55,976 nucleotides of DNA from a virus. Taxonomy: Duplodnaviria > Caudoviricetes. The position numbers and the translations under genes are program-made. The stretch is from the IMG/VR virus record IMGVR_UViG_3300043754_000130, positions 1-55,976 of that record. The stretch is one strand, 5' to 3'. Positions 36,140 to 43,480 of this stretch are shown piece by piece. The notes below the pieces were generated by a model. That model was given only the letters and a program-made list of their open reading frames with translations, was not told the origin of the DNA and ran no database searches. Numbering within the stretch: position 1 is the first letter of the stretch; each line of letters begins with the position of its first letter.

Positions 36140-36414
36140 AGCTCACCCAGCGAAGAGAGGTACAGGTCGATCAGCGCTTCTTCTTCCTGACGCGCAGCCT
36201 TGCTGACCTTCCGCAGCTTCAGGATCTTGCGCATGATCTTGGTTTGAAAGCCCTCTCCCTTGGCCTCAGCGAACACTTCCTTCAGGTCGTTGGCGATGGC
36301 CTCCTTGTCTTCTTCAAGGCGCTCGATGCGCTCAAAGAACGACTTCAGGCGCCCTTGCGCCTGCTGCGTCAGAACGTCCGGATGAGCGGCGAATTGTTCA
36401 GCGTGTTCGGTCAT
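36136..36414 (-). CDS. gapR: GapR/DUF2312 nucleoid-associated protein
   Basis: HPDVL..AQGRLKSFFERIERLEEDK..KEVFAEAKGEGF..RQEEEALIDLYLSSLGEL closely follows Caulobacter GapR as recalled. Confidence 0.92.
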   Translation of the reverse strand: MTEHAEQFAAHPDVLTQQAQGRLKSFFERIERLEEDKEAIANDLKEVFAEAKGEGFQTKIMRKILKLRKVSKAARQEEEALIDLYLSSLGEL

Positions 36415-36594
36415 GTTTGTCCCTCTCAGGCCGCTCTTTGAGGGAGGCGGCGGATCCCTACGCTTTCAGGTCGGATGGACTCTCGACCTGTCGGCTAACC
36501 TCTTGTTCAGACGCCGTTTTGACGTTTGGAGCGGCCGAAGGACTTGGCGCTCTTGGAGCGGCCAGCCCGTTCGAGAATCCGCAGGGCCGAGTTC

Positions 36595-37071
36595 TCAAGA
36601 AGAGATCCGGCCGCGACGCCAATTTCCCCGAGGTTCCGGATCACCCAACCCAGCCCCGCCATCGGCGCGAGGACCGGCAGCAAAGGCCCGCGCCCAAAGC
36701 GCTTTGGCGTTGCTCCTGCGTTCCTCCACCCGGCGTTGGGCATGAGCGATCTCCTCAAGTTCGGTCTGGATGAATTGGTCGAGGGCGCCGCCCATGACCG
36801 CGCGGAGCACGGTGACGGCGACGCGAGGGCCGCCATTGGGGTGACGCCAAATCAGGTCGATGGTGCTGCCGGTCGCCGCGCCTTCGAAGACGGAGCGGGC
36901 CTGCACCACGGTCAGGTCGAAGGTCCGGGCCAGTTCCTTCTGGCTGCGGAACTCCGTTCTCGCCCAGCAGGCGAGGGCTTCGCGCGTCGAGCGATTATTC
37001 GTGGAGGTTGAGCAATTGGTCGTGGAAAAAGCACGATTTCCCAGAGGGACAGCCATGTTTGCCTCGGTCAT
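36595..37071 (-). CDS. Putative CII-like HTH regulator
   Basis: SQKELARTFDLTVVQARSVFEG HTH-like segment; downstream of cro. Confidence 0.55.
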   Translation of the reverse strand: MTEANMAVPLGNRAFSTTNCSTSTNNRSTREALACWARTEFRSQKELARTFDLTVVQARSVFEGAATGSTIDLIWRHPNGGPRVAVTVLRAVMGGALDQFIQTELEEIAHAQRRVEERRSNAKALWARAFAAGPRADGGAGLGDPEPRGNWRRGRISS

Positions 37072-37436
37072 GTTCTGGACCTGTAGGCAGACCGGACCTG
37101 GAGGGGCCGCAGATGTCGGAAGTGGTGTTTCTTACGGGTACTGAAGAGGCTCGGGGCTGGTTGCAGCTGGCCCGGAGCGCCGAGACGCTGGACGACGTGG
37201 CGGCTTTGCTGAGCCTCCACTCGGCAGCGATGAGACGTCGAAGAGTTGCGGCCGACGCTGGTTCCCTTAATCCCAGCGTCGGCCACTTCGCCGTTCAGCG
37301 TGGCCGGTCGGCGGCGCGAAGCTGAACGGAGAATGGGGGAGCGCGCGCCGCCGGGAGGACGGGAGGCAGCGGCGCGCGCGGTCGCCAGCCCCAGGGGGAG
37401 GAAGGCCGGCGAATGGGGTGAGGTCGCGAGGCGCAT
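37068..37436 (-). CDS. Low-complexity linker ORF spanning RNA hairpins
   Basis: TGATG and ATGA coupling at its ends; product does not look folded. Confidence 0.35.
   Translation of the reverse strand: MRLATSPHSPAFLPLGLATARAAASRPPGGARSPILRSASRRRPATLNGEVADAGIKGTSVGRNSSTSHRCRVEAQQSRHVVQRLGAPGQLQPAPSLFSTRKKHHFRHLRPLQVRSAYRSRT
37113..37325 (+). CDS. Putative small antisense protein
   Basis: GGAGGGG RBS before ATG; MSEVVFLTGTEEARGWLQLARSAETLDDVAALL. Confidence 0.4.
   Translation: MSEVVFLTGTEEARGWLQLARSAETLDDVAALLSLHSAAMRRRRVAADAGSLNPSVGHFAVQRGRSAARS
37331..37418 (-). ncRNA. Cuckoo/alpha-r14-like double hairpin with CCUCCC loops
   Basis: Two adjacent stems with loops UUCCUCCCCCUGG and UGCCUCCCGUCCUCCCG; G-U pairing favours the minus strand. 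Confidence 0.6.
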
Positions 37437-37654
37437 CAGGCGGCGCCCCCTGGTTCGAAACCAAGGCAGATCTTGCAGGTGTCACGATGACGGTCGGACT
37501 GCGCGTTCAGAGCGGCGCGGGCGCATTCCCGCTGCCAGAGAAGGTCCAGCAGTTCGATCTGGACCGGCGTCAGGTGCTCAAGCGGGAACTCGCGCAACAA
37601 GCGGAGGACCGAGCGCTCCTGACCATAGGTCAACATCAAGCCGCCCGCGCTCAT
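37436..37654 (-). CDS. Hypothetical protein
   Basis: Start MSAGGLML through an ATGA overlap; HRDTCKIC motif. Confidence 0.6.
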   Translation of the reverse strand: MSAGGLMLTYGQERSVLRLLREFPLEHLTPVQIELLDLLWQRECARAALNAQSDRHRDTCKICLGFEPGGAA

Positions 37655-37797
37655 CGGGCACCCCCGATCCTGCGACCGAAGACACAGCAGACGAACAGGC
37701 CGAGCCCGACGGCTCCGACCTTGAGCACGGTCCACGCCACCCAGACCAACAGGCCGAGCAACGCGGCGTCGAGCAGGAGGGCGAGGAACTGGCCCAT
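37651..37797 (-). CDS. 48-aa membrane peptide
   Basis: Translated by hand: MGQFLALLLDAALLGLLVWVAWTVLKVGAVGLGLFVCCVFGRRIGGAR; coupled at both ends. Confidence 0.6.
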   Translation of the reverse strand: MGQFLALLLDAALLGLLVWVAWTVLKVGAVGLGLFVCCVFGRRIGGAR

Positions 37798-37928
37798 CAG
37801 CCGATCCCCGCAAAGGAATGCGACCAGCTCGGATGCGGGTCCTTCAGCCTACGGCAGATCTTCAGGGCGAGCGGGACGGGCCCGAACGTCCACACAACCA
37901 GGAACTCAGCGACGTGCAGGGGGCTCAT
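37797..37928 (-). CDS. 43-aa peptide
   Basis: Translated by hand: MSPLHVAEFLVVWTFGPVPLALKICRRLKDPHPSWSHSFAGIG; coupled at both ends. Confidence 0.5.
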   Translation of the reverse strand: MSPLHVAEFLVVWTFGPVPLALKICRRLKDPHPSWSHSFAGIG

Positions 37929-38368
37929 TTGGAGCACCCGCAGGCATTCGCTGAACGTACCGTCCGGTTCGGTGAGGAATTCGCGAGATGGGATGTCCGG
38001 CCTTTGACCTTGCCGAATCCATACAAGTTGCAGAAAGAACGACGATTTTTTACGAAATTGTAAGAATCCGACTGGACTCCCACCACCGCGGTAGGATTAA
38101 TTTTCCCCGTGTAGGGGAGCTTAATAGTGGCTGCGGAGTTGGTTTCGTCGCTGCTCGACGAGGTGGGCGGGGGCGACGTGAGTACGTCGGAGTTCTTTAC
38201 GGTCGACGCTGTAAGACAGACGGACGACCCAGCGAGTTGTTTGAGACAGACGATGCGGTTTGTCCGCGCACAAGCCAGACAAAGGCCCAACCTGGGCAAC
38301 CCAAACATCGCTTGGATGCGGGCGCGCTGCGCGGCGTGCGGGGAATGCGGAGCCTGAGCGTCGCGCAT
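37925..38368 (-). CDS. Linker ORF coupled to cro
   Basis: TGATG overlap with the cro stop and ATGA overlap with the next gene; atypical codon usage. Confidence 0.4.
   Translation of the reverse strand: MRDAQAPHSPHAAQRARIQAMFGLPRLGLCLACARTNRIVCLKQLAGSSVCLTASTVKNSDVLTSPPPTSSSSDETNSAATIKLPYTGKINPTAVVGVQSDSYNFVKNRRSFCNLYGFGKVKGRTSHLANSSPNRTVRSANACGCSK
38127..38357 (+). CDS. Putative small antisense protein convergent with cro
   Basis: GGGGAG RBS, GTG start, AT-rich upstream region, CxxCxxC C-terminus. Confidence 0.5.
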   Translation: MAAELVSSLLDEVGGGDVSTSEFFTVDAVRQTDDPASCLRQTMRFVRAQARQRPNLGNPNIAWMRARCAACGECGA

Positions 38369-38565
38369 CAGGCCGCACATTTGCTGGCGTCCTTCACCCA
38401 ATGAGCGACGGGAATTCCAAGCTCGCGCTCAATGCGAACCGCCAGGGCCAGCGACGGCTTGCGCTTGCCGCTGGCCAGGTCGCTCGCATATCCCTTGCTG
38501 AGGTTCAGCCGGTCGCGGAGCGCCTGGGCGGAGATGGCCGGTTGCTCTGTGTTGGCGGTGTCCAT
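38368..38565 (-). CDS. cro: Cro-like HTH repressor
   Basis: LNLSKGYASDLASGKRKPSLALAVRIE; divergent from cI. Confidence 0.85.
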   Translation of the reverse strand: MDTANTEQPAISAQALRDRLNLSKGYASDLASGKRKPSLALAVRIERELGIPVAHWVKDASKCAA

Positions 38566-38573
38566 AGCGAGAC

Positions 38574-38657
38574 GTTCGCACAGTGCGAACTTCAAATCAA
38601 CAGGAAGTTCGCAACCCGCGTGACGACGCACGCGTTCACGCAATGCAGATTGCGAAC
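38574..38657. promoter_or_regulatory. O_R-like operators, GTTCGCA-N3-TGCGAAC
   Basis: Perfect 17-bp palindrome at 38574-38590; degenerate copies near 38607 and ending at 38657; lies between cro and cI. Confidence 0.8.
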
Positions 38658-39323
38658 ATGACCCCGAAAGCTTTGCCGAAAAGCGGTTGGCACCTGCGCG
38701 AGTGGCGCCTGAGCCGCGGACTGTCCCAAGAGCAGCTCGCCGAGCGGATCGGCACGTCAAAGGGATACGTCAGCGATCTCGAGCGCGGCGAGCGTCGGTA
38801 CAATCAGGACCTCGTCGAGGGCCTTGCCGGCGCGCTGGACATCTCGGTAGCGCAGCTCCTCGGCCAGAGCCCGACGGAGAATAAAGCCGAGCGCCTCGTC
38901 CCCGTAGTCGGCTACGTCGGAGCCGACACTGAGGGCTCAGTCCTGTTCGCCAACGGGCAGGGAACGGGAGAACTGGCCCCCATACCGCCAGGAGGAACAG
39001 AGGCAGCGAGCGCCTTGGGCGTAAGGGGACACTCTATGAAAGGCTTCGCCGACGACGGCGCCCTCATCTATTTCGAGGAGCAGCACTCCAAGCCGACCCG
39101 CGACATGCTGGGGCACGTCGTCGTGGTCGAGACCCGCGACGGCAAGGTTCTGGTGAAGCGGCTCCTGAAGGGTTCACACCCCGGCGTCTACGATCTGGAA
39201 TCGATCGTCGGGCCGACGCTGGAGGACGTGGAGATCCGATGGGCGGCGCTCGTGACCGCCATCGTCCCGCCAGCTCAAGCGCGCAAGGTCATCGTGCGCG
39301 ACGGGGACAACCAGGCCGCCTAA
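38643..39323 (+). CDS. cI: CI-like repressor (HTH + S24 peptidase); alternative start at 38658
   Basis: LREWRLSRGLSQEQLAERIGTSKGYVSDLERG; GHSM (catalytic Ser); LVKRL (catalytic Lys). Confidence 0.92.
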   Translation: MQIANMTPKALPKSGWHLREWRLSRGLSQEQLAERIGTSKGYVSDLERGERRYNQDLVEGLAGALDISVAQLLGQSPTENKAERLVPVVGYVGADTEGSVLFANGQGTGELAPIPPGGTEAASALGVRGHSMKGFADDGALIYFEEQHSKPTRDMLGHVVVVETRDGKVLVKRLLKGSHPGVYDLESIVGPTLEDVEIRWAALVTAIVPPAQARKVIVRDGDNQAA

Positions 39324-39348
39324 TAGACACTCACTCCTGACGCTTAAG

Positions 39349-39373
39349 AGCCCCGCTTCGCCGGGGCTTTTTT
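39349..39373 (+). terminator. Intrinsic terminator after cI
   Basis: AGCCCCG-CTTCGC-CGGGGCT-TTTTT. Confidence 0.8.
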
Positions 39374-39390
39374 ATTGCCTCGCGCCAGCC

Positions 39391-39441
39391 GTTCGCAGAA
39401 CGCGAACTTTCCCATTGCCAAGCTGTTCGCACTGTGCGAAC
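39391..39441. promoter_or_regulatory. O_L-like operators
   Basis: GTTCGCAgaaCGCGAAC (39391-39407) and GTTCGCActgTGCGAAC (39425-39441) upstream of the early operon. Confidence 0.82.
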
Positions 39442-39486
39442 TTCCTTCCATCGACGGAGCGGCGACGCTCCGAACGGGAGGACGAA

Positions 39487-39804
39487 ATGGTCAATTCCGC
39501 AGAGACGAAGTGGACGCCGGGACCCTGGAAGGTCGACTTCAGCCACCCCAACAATCTGCCGGGTGGGATTTCCCAAGCCGCTCGCAGCCGGCGCTCTATC
39601 ACCCGGTTCAACGCGTTCTCGCGTCCCACCACCGCTGAGGCGCTGGCCAACGCGCACCTCTTCGCCGCGGCGCCGGACCTCTACGAGTCCCTGGCCGACA
39701 CGCTGGCTCTCGCTGAGCTGAAGTACGGCAACTCCAACGCGACCGCCGTGGAGTGCTTCACGCAAGCCCGCGCTGCCCTCGCCAAAGCTCGCGGGGAGGC
39801 CTGA
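39487..39804 (+). CDS. Phage early hypothetical protein
   Basis: GGGAGG RBS; WTPGPW..ANAHLFAAAPDLYESL family pattern. Confidence 0.8.
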   Translation: MVNSAETKWTPGPWKVDFSHPNNLPGGISQAARSRRSITRFNAFSRPTTAEALANAHLFAAAPDLYESLADTLALAELKYGNSNATAVECFTQARAALAKARGEA

Positions 39805-39807
39805 GCC

Positions 39808-40098
39808 ATGTACGCAGAACCCTTTGCCCACCACACGCCGCAGCCTGCGCCCGCCGCGGTCGCTGCGCCGGCCGACGCCACCCAGCGCGCCCGCGCCCTG
39901 ATCTTCGCGCTCGCCTCGGCAGATCAGACCTATGACCTGATGGGCGCCAACCTGAAGCGCGCGCTCGGATACGAGCGCAACACGCTGGCCCGCACGCCCC
40001 ACATGGTCCGCACTGAGGCCCAGATCGCTCTCCGCGAGGCTGAGAAGCTCGTCGAGCATCTGAAGCGGGCGGTCGCCAACCTTCCGGTGGAGGGCTGA
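39808..40098 (+). CDS. Hypothetical protein
   Basis: GGAGG RBS; operon packing. Confidence 0.7.
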   Translation: MYAEPFAHHTPQPAPAAVAAPADATQRARALIFALASADQTYDLMGANLKRALGYERNTLARTPHMVRTEAQIALREAEKLVEHLKRAVANLPVEG

Positions 40099-40101
40099 GC
40101 G

Positions 40102-40341
40102 ATGGGCGGCAAACGCAACGACACCGATCTGGTTGCCGCCTTCCTCGCGAAGGGCGGCAACGTCCAGCGGGTCGCCGAGGGCGAGACCAACGGCATGGAC
40201 CGGCGCGACTGGCGCGCCGCCACCCGGGGCGAGCCGATCCGCCAGCGCTTCACCGAGGAGCAGTTGGCCGAGCAGCGTATGGAGCGCGTGCGGGAAGCCT
40301 ACCACGTGGGCGGTCGTAGCGCGGCCCTGGAGGCCCTGTGA
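40102..40341 (+). CDS. Hypothetical protein
   Basis: VAAFLAKGGNVQRVAEG motif common in phage early proteins. Confidence 0.7.
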   Translation: MGGKRNDTDLVAAFLAKGGNVQRVAEGETNGMDRRDWRAATRGEPIRQRFTEEQLAEQRMERVREAYHVGGRSAALEAL

Positions 40342-40556
40342 TGCGCCCCATCCGCCTCATCATCACCGACCGCGACACCTACGCGGACGACTTCATGGGC
40401 GACATTCGCGTGGTGCGCGGCCCCAGCAAGCGCTGGCGGGTGAGCCGCCGCACGGCCGGGAACTGCTGGCGCACCGTCGCCGAGCGCATCACCCGCAAGG
40501 ACGACGCCCTCGCCATCGCCCGCAACTGCGTCGCCAACACCTACGGGAGGGCCTGA
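40338..40556 (+). CDS. Hypothetical protein
   Basis: Coupled; GGAGG RBS. Confidence 0.65.
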   Translation: MMRPIRLIITDRDTYADDFMGDIRVVRGPSKRWRVSRRTAGNCWRTVAERITRKDDALAIARNCVANTYGRA

Positions 40557-40559
40557 GCC

Positions 40560-41195
40560 ATGGCTCGCAAGATCATCGACACCTATCCGCAGTTCACCGT
40601 CTCGGTCGGCGCCCCGAAGCGCGGCTCGCAGATCATGACGCGGGAGCAGGCCGAGGAAGCTCAGGCGGAGTTCGCCGAGCTTCTGGACGCCCTGCAGTCC
40701 GCCACGCTCCGCCAGTTCGACGTGGAGTCGAAGCTGGTCGAGGATGTCCGCTGCGAGTTCTGCAACGCGACTTGGCTCGGCGGCGACATTTGGAACCTCG
40801 ACTGTTGCGGCAAGGACGCCGCGAGCAGCCCGGTGCGCCTCTCCGAACTGGTGGAGGCGGCCGAGGAGGTCGAGAACGACGACCTCTACACCCGCGACGA
40901 GGACGGCAAGCCGAGCCGCGTTCCGATTGACTGGGCCTCTACGCTCGGCGGCGCGGCTGCGCGCTGGCTGAAGGCTGGGCGTCCGGCTGATGGCGTGGCG
41001 GCGCTCATGCCGCTCATCCAGCGCGTGAAGTCGACGGACTGGTGCACGGTCTGGAAGGACCCAGGCGTGTCGGGCGCGAGCCTCGCCCGCCTCCCCGACG
41101 AGATCCGGCGCGACTACCGCCCCGAACGCCTCGCCGACGAGCTGCTGAGCCTCATCGACGATATGGACCTGCTGCCTGCGCGGAGGGCTGCCTGA
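40560..41195 (+). CDS. Hypothetical protein with CxxC..CC
   Basis: RBS; CEFCNATW..LDCC. Confidence 0.7.
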   Translation: MARKIIDTYPQFTVSVGAPKRGSQIMTREQAEEAQAEFAELLDALQSATLRQFDVESKLVEDVRCEFCNATWLGGDIWNLDCCGKDAASSPVRLSELVEAAEEVENDDLYTRDEDGKPSRVPIDWASTLGGAAARWLKAGRPADGVAALMPLIQRVKSTDWCTVWKDPGVSGASLARLPDEIRRDYRPERLADELLSLIDDMDLLPARRAA

Positions 41196-41464
41196 TGTCG
41201 GCCCGCGAACTCCGGCTCCGCGCCGCCGCCCACGACTCCGTTGCTGATCGTCTGGGAGACATCGCAGCACGCCTCACAGGAAAGCTTGAGCACCTGAGGA
41301 AGTCGGGGGCTTGGGACGAGGCGCGGCTCGTCGAAATCGGGCTCAGCGCCACGATCAGAGCCGAGGAGCGCGCCTACGACCGAGCCTTGGACCTCCGCGT
41401 TGAAGCCGCCCGTCTTGAACACCACGCCGCTCACTCTGCGGCCATGCGGGAGATCGCAGCGTGA
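41195..41464 (+). CDS. Hypothetical protein
   Basis: Start MSARELRL through TGATG. Confidence 0.65.
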   Translation: MSARELRLRAAAHDSVADRLGDIAARLTGKLEHLRKSGAWDEARLVEIGLSATIRAEERAYDRALDLRVEAARLEHHAAHSAAMREIAA

Positions 41465-41823
41465 GCGGCTTCTGCATCAAAGGGGCCGAGTGCATGTGCG
41501 GCCCTGCGCTTCAACGTCCGGGCGGGTGCTCGACTTGGCGCGAGGTCACGAGCGGACCGAAGGGCGAAAGCGCCCTCGCCCGCATCGGAGAGCTTGAGGC
41601 GCAACTGGCGGCGACGACCGCCGAGCGCGATCAGCTCCGCGCCGCCATCAAGCCGTTCGCCCGCGCCGGTGCCGAGATCCCGAGCCACTGGCTCGACGAA
41701 ACCAGCGCCGTCCGCTGGACGCCCGGAAAGCACGCCTGGTTCCTGACCGTTGGCGACTTCCGCGGCGCTGCGGCGGCTCACGGGTCCGCCCCCTCCACCC
41801 AACCTGAAGGAGCTTCGCTGTGA
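41461..41823 (+). CDS. Hypothetical protein
   Basis: GTGA-coupled; AIKPFA..LTVGDFRGA pattern. Confidence 0.65.
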   Translation: MSGFCIKGAECMCGPALQRPGGCSTWREVTSGPKGESALARIGELEAQLAATTAERDQLRAAIKPFARAGAEIPSHWLDETSAVRWTPGKHAWFLTVGDFRGAAAAHGSAPSTQPEGASL

Positions 41824-42140
41824 CTGAAGCTGAAGCGAAGACGAAGTGGTGTCCGCAGGCGCGCGTCGCTATCGGCGAGGACTTCGAAACCGGAAGCGGC
41901 ATCCAGTTCATCGCCGCGAACCGCGCTGAGGACTTCCCAAACCCGCACCATGCCCGCTGCCTCGGCTCCGAGTGCATGGCGTGGCGCCGCATTCCCGAGC
42001 AGTCGGGCGACCTGATCCAGGCCATCAAGGACTACCGGGTCAAGCACGACTGCGACCTGCTGACCGCCAAGAACGCGGTCGAAGCGGCGCGGCGCAACGA
42101 GTTCCAGGGCTACTGCGGCCTCGCGGGGGCTCCGCAATGA
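41820..42140 (+). CDS. Cys-rich phage protein with a bL12 C-terminal-like insert
   Basis: KTKWCP..CLGSECMAWR..GYCGLAG, with LIQAIKDYR..DLLTAKNAVE inserted. Confidence 0.7.
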   Translation: MTEAEAKTKWCPQARVAIGEDFETGSGIQFIAANRAEDFPNPHHARCLGSECMAWRRIPEQSGDLIQAIKDYRVKHDCDLLTAKNAVEAARRNEFQGYCGLAGAPQ

Positions 42141-42490
42141 GCGCCCACACCCTTCCCCGCGCCCATCTCAAGCTCGTCCCGGCCGCGCCAGCCCCGAAGC
42201 CTGCGCTCCGGAAGCTGATCTCCTCAGCAGCCCAGCGCAACGAAGCCCAAGGCAAGCGCCCTTACGACTGCAAGCCCGTCGACCCCAAGCAGATACCGGC
42301 GGCTTACCTGTCGATGACCGCTTTCCCGAGACGGGTCGAGCGGAAGACCTGGCGGACGCCGGTTGCGGTCGTGGTCGGCACCCTGGTCGGGCTGGCCGCC
42401 CTCGGCGTCGGCGCCGGGTTCGTCGCCTCCGGTGTCACGACCCTGCTGGTCGGCGCTGCCGTGGCCCTCAGCGATGGGTGGACGCGATGA
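42137..42490 (+). CDS. Membrane protein
   Basis: Start MSAHTLP through ATGA; hydrophobic C-terminus. Confidence 0.65.
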   Translation: MSAHTLPRAHLKLVPAAPAPKPALRKLISSAAQRNEAQGKRPYDCKPVDPKQIPAAYLSMTAFPRRVERKTWRTPVAVVVGTLVGLAALGVGAGFVASGVTTLLVGAAVALSDGWTR

Positions 42491-42672
42491 GCGCCTGGGA
42501 CATCACCGGCGTGTTCGTGTGGGGCGTCTTCGGGGCGCTGTTCGTGCACGACCTCGTGACCGGGCGCCTGACGCCGAAGAGCAAAGACGCAGCGGAAACG
42601 TTCCTGTTCGGGATCGGCTGCTTGGCTGGCGTGATCTTCTGCATCGCACGTCTCTGCGGAGCGCACATATGA
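42487..42672 (+). CDS. Small two-TM protein
   Basis: ATGA-coupled; two hydrophobic segments. Confidence 0.6.
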   Translation: MSAWDITGVFVWGVFGALFVHDLVTGRLTPKSKDAAETFLFGIGCLAGVIFCIARLCGAHI

Positions 42673-42881
42673 ACTGCCGCGCCGCCCCGCCCGCCAGACC
42701 CGAGCCCATGAGCGCCACCCAGGCCCTGGACCGGATCGACAACCTCTTGGGCCACGTCCTCCGCCGCCAGGACGACGGAGCCTCCAAGGCCGAGGTCATG
42801 GCCCGAGTCTTTGAAGCCCAGCAGATCGCCATCATCGGCGCGGCTTACGAGCGCCGGCGCGAGCGGGGGGCGCAGTCGTGA
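42669..42881 (+). CDS. Hypothetical protein
   Basis: ATGA/GTGA-coupled. Confidence 0.6.
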   Translation: MNCRAAPPARPEPMSATQALDRIDNLLGHVLRRQDDGASKAEVMARVFEAQQIAIIGAAYERRRERGAQS

Positions 42882-43480
42882 GCAAGCCAGCCAGCAAGCC
42901 CGCGTTCTTCCTCGACCCGATCAAGGAGGCCCGCGCCGTCGCCAGCCTGAAGGACAGCCTGGCGAAGATGGGCGCGGCCGACGACGAGGAGATCGTCGAG
43001 AGCTCGATCGAGGGCGAGACCAGCCTCTACGAGGCCATCGACCTGATGCTGGAGCGGATCCGCAACGCTCAGGTGATGACCGAAGGGCTAGCCGCGGTGA
43101 TCGCCGGCCTGGAGTCCCGCAAGGCCCGCTACGCCAAGACGATCGAGACGCACCGGACCCTGATCGAACAAGCGCTGATGATCGCGGAGATCGAGGAGAA
43201 GATCGAGCGGCCGACGGCCACGGTCAGCCTCGCCGCCCGCCAGCCCAAGGTCGAGGTCCAGACCGAGGCGGACATCCCGGCCCGCTTCTTCAACGCGGCG
43301 CCGCCGGTGCTCGACAAGAAGGCGCTGCTCGCGGCGCTGAAGGAGCGCGCCAAGGCCGTGGCTGAGGTCTCCGACCTTCCGGCGGAAGAGCGCGAGGCCG
43401 CCATCGCTGCGCTGCCCCCCGAGATCCCCGGCGCGTGCCTGAGCAACGCCGCCCCGTCCATCAACATAAGGGTGAAGTGA
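42878..43480 (+). CDS. Siphovirus Gp157-family protein
   Basis: SIEGET, KIERPTATVSL, IPARFF..PVLDKKALLAALK, IPGACLSN; precedes the recombinase. Confidence 0.85.
   Translation: MSKPASKPAFFLDPIKEARAVASLKDSLAKMGAADDEEIVESSIEGETSLYEAIDLMLERIRNAQVMTEGLAAVIAGLESRKARYAKTIETHRTLIEQALMIAEIEEKIERPTATVSLAARQPKVEVQTEADIPARFFNAAPPVLDKKALLAALKERAKAVAEVSDLPAEEREAAIAALPPEIPGACLSNAAPSINIRVK

Noticed and set aside
36420-36500. Two small hairpins upstream of gapR (one with a CUCCC loop)
   Set aside because: Stems are short (5-7 bp) in a GC-rich genome; cannot be distinguished from chance.
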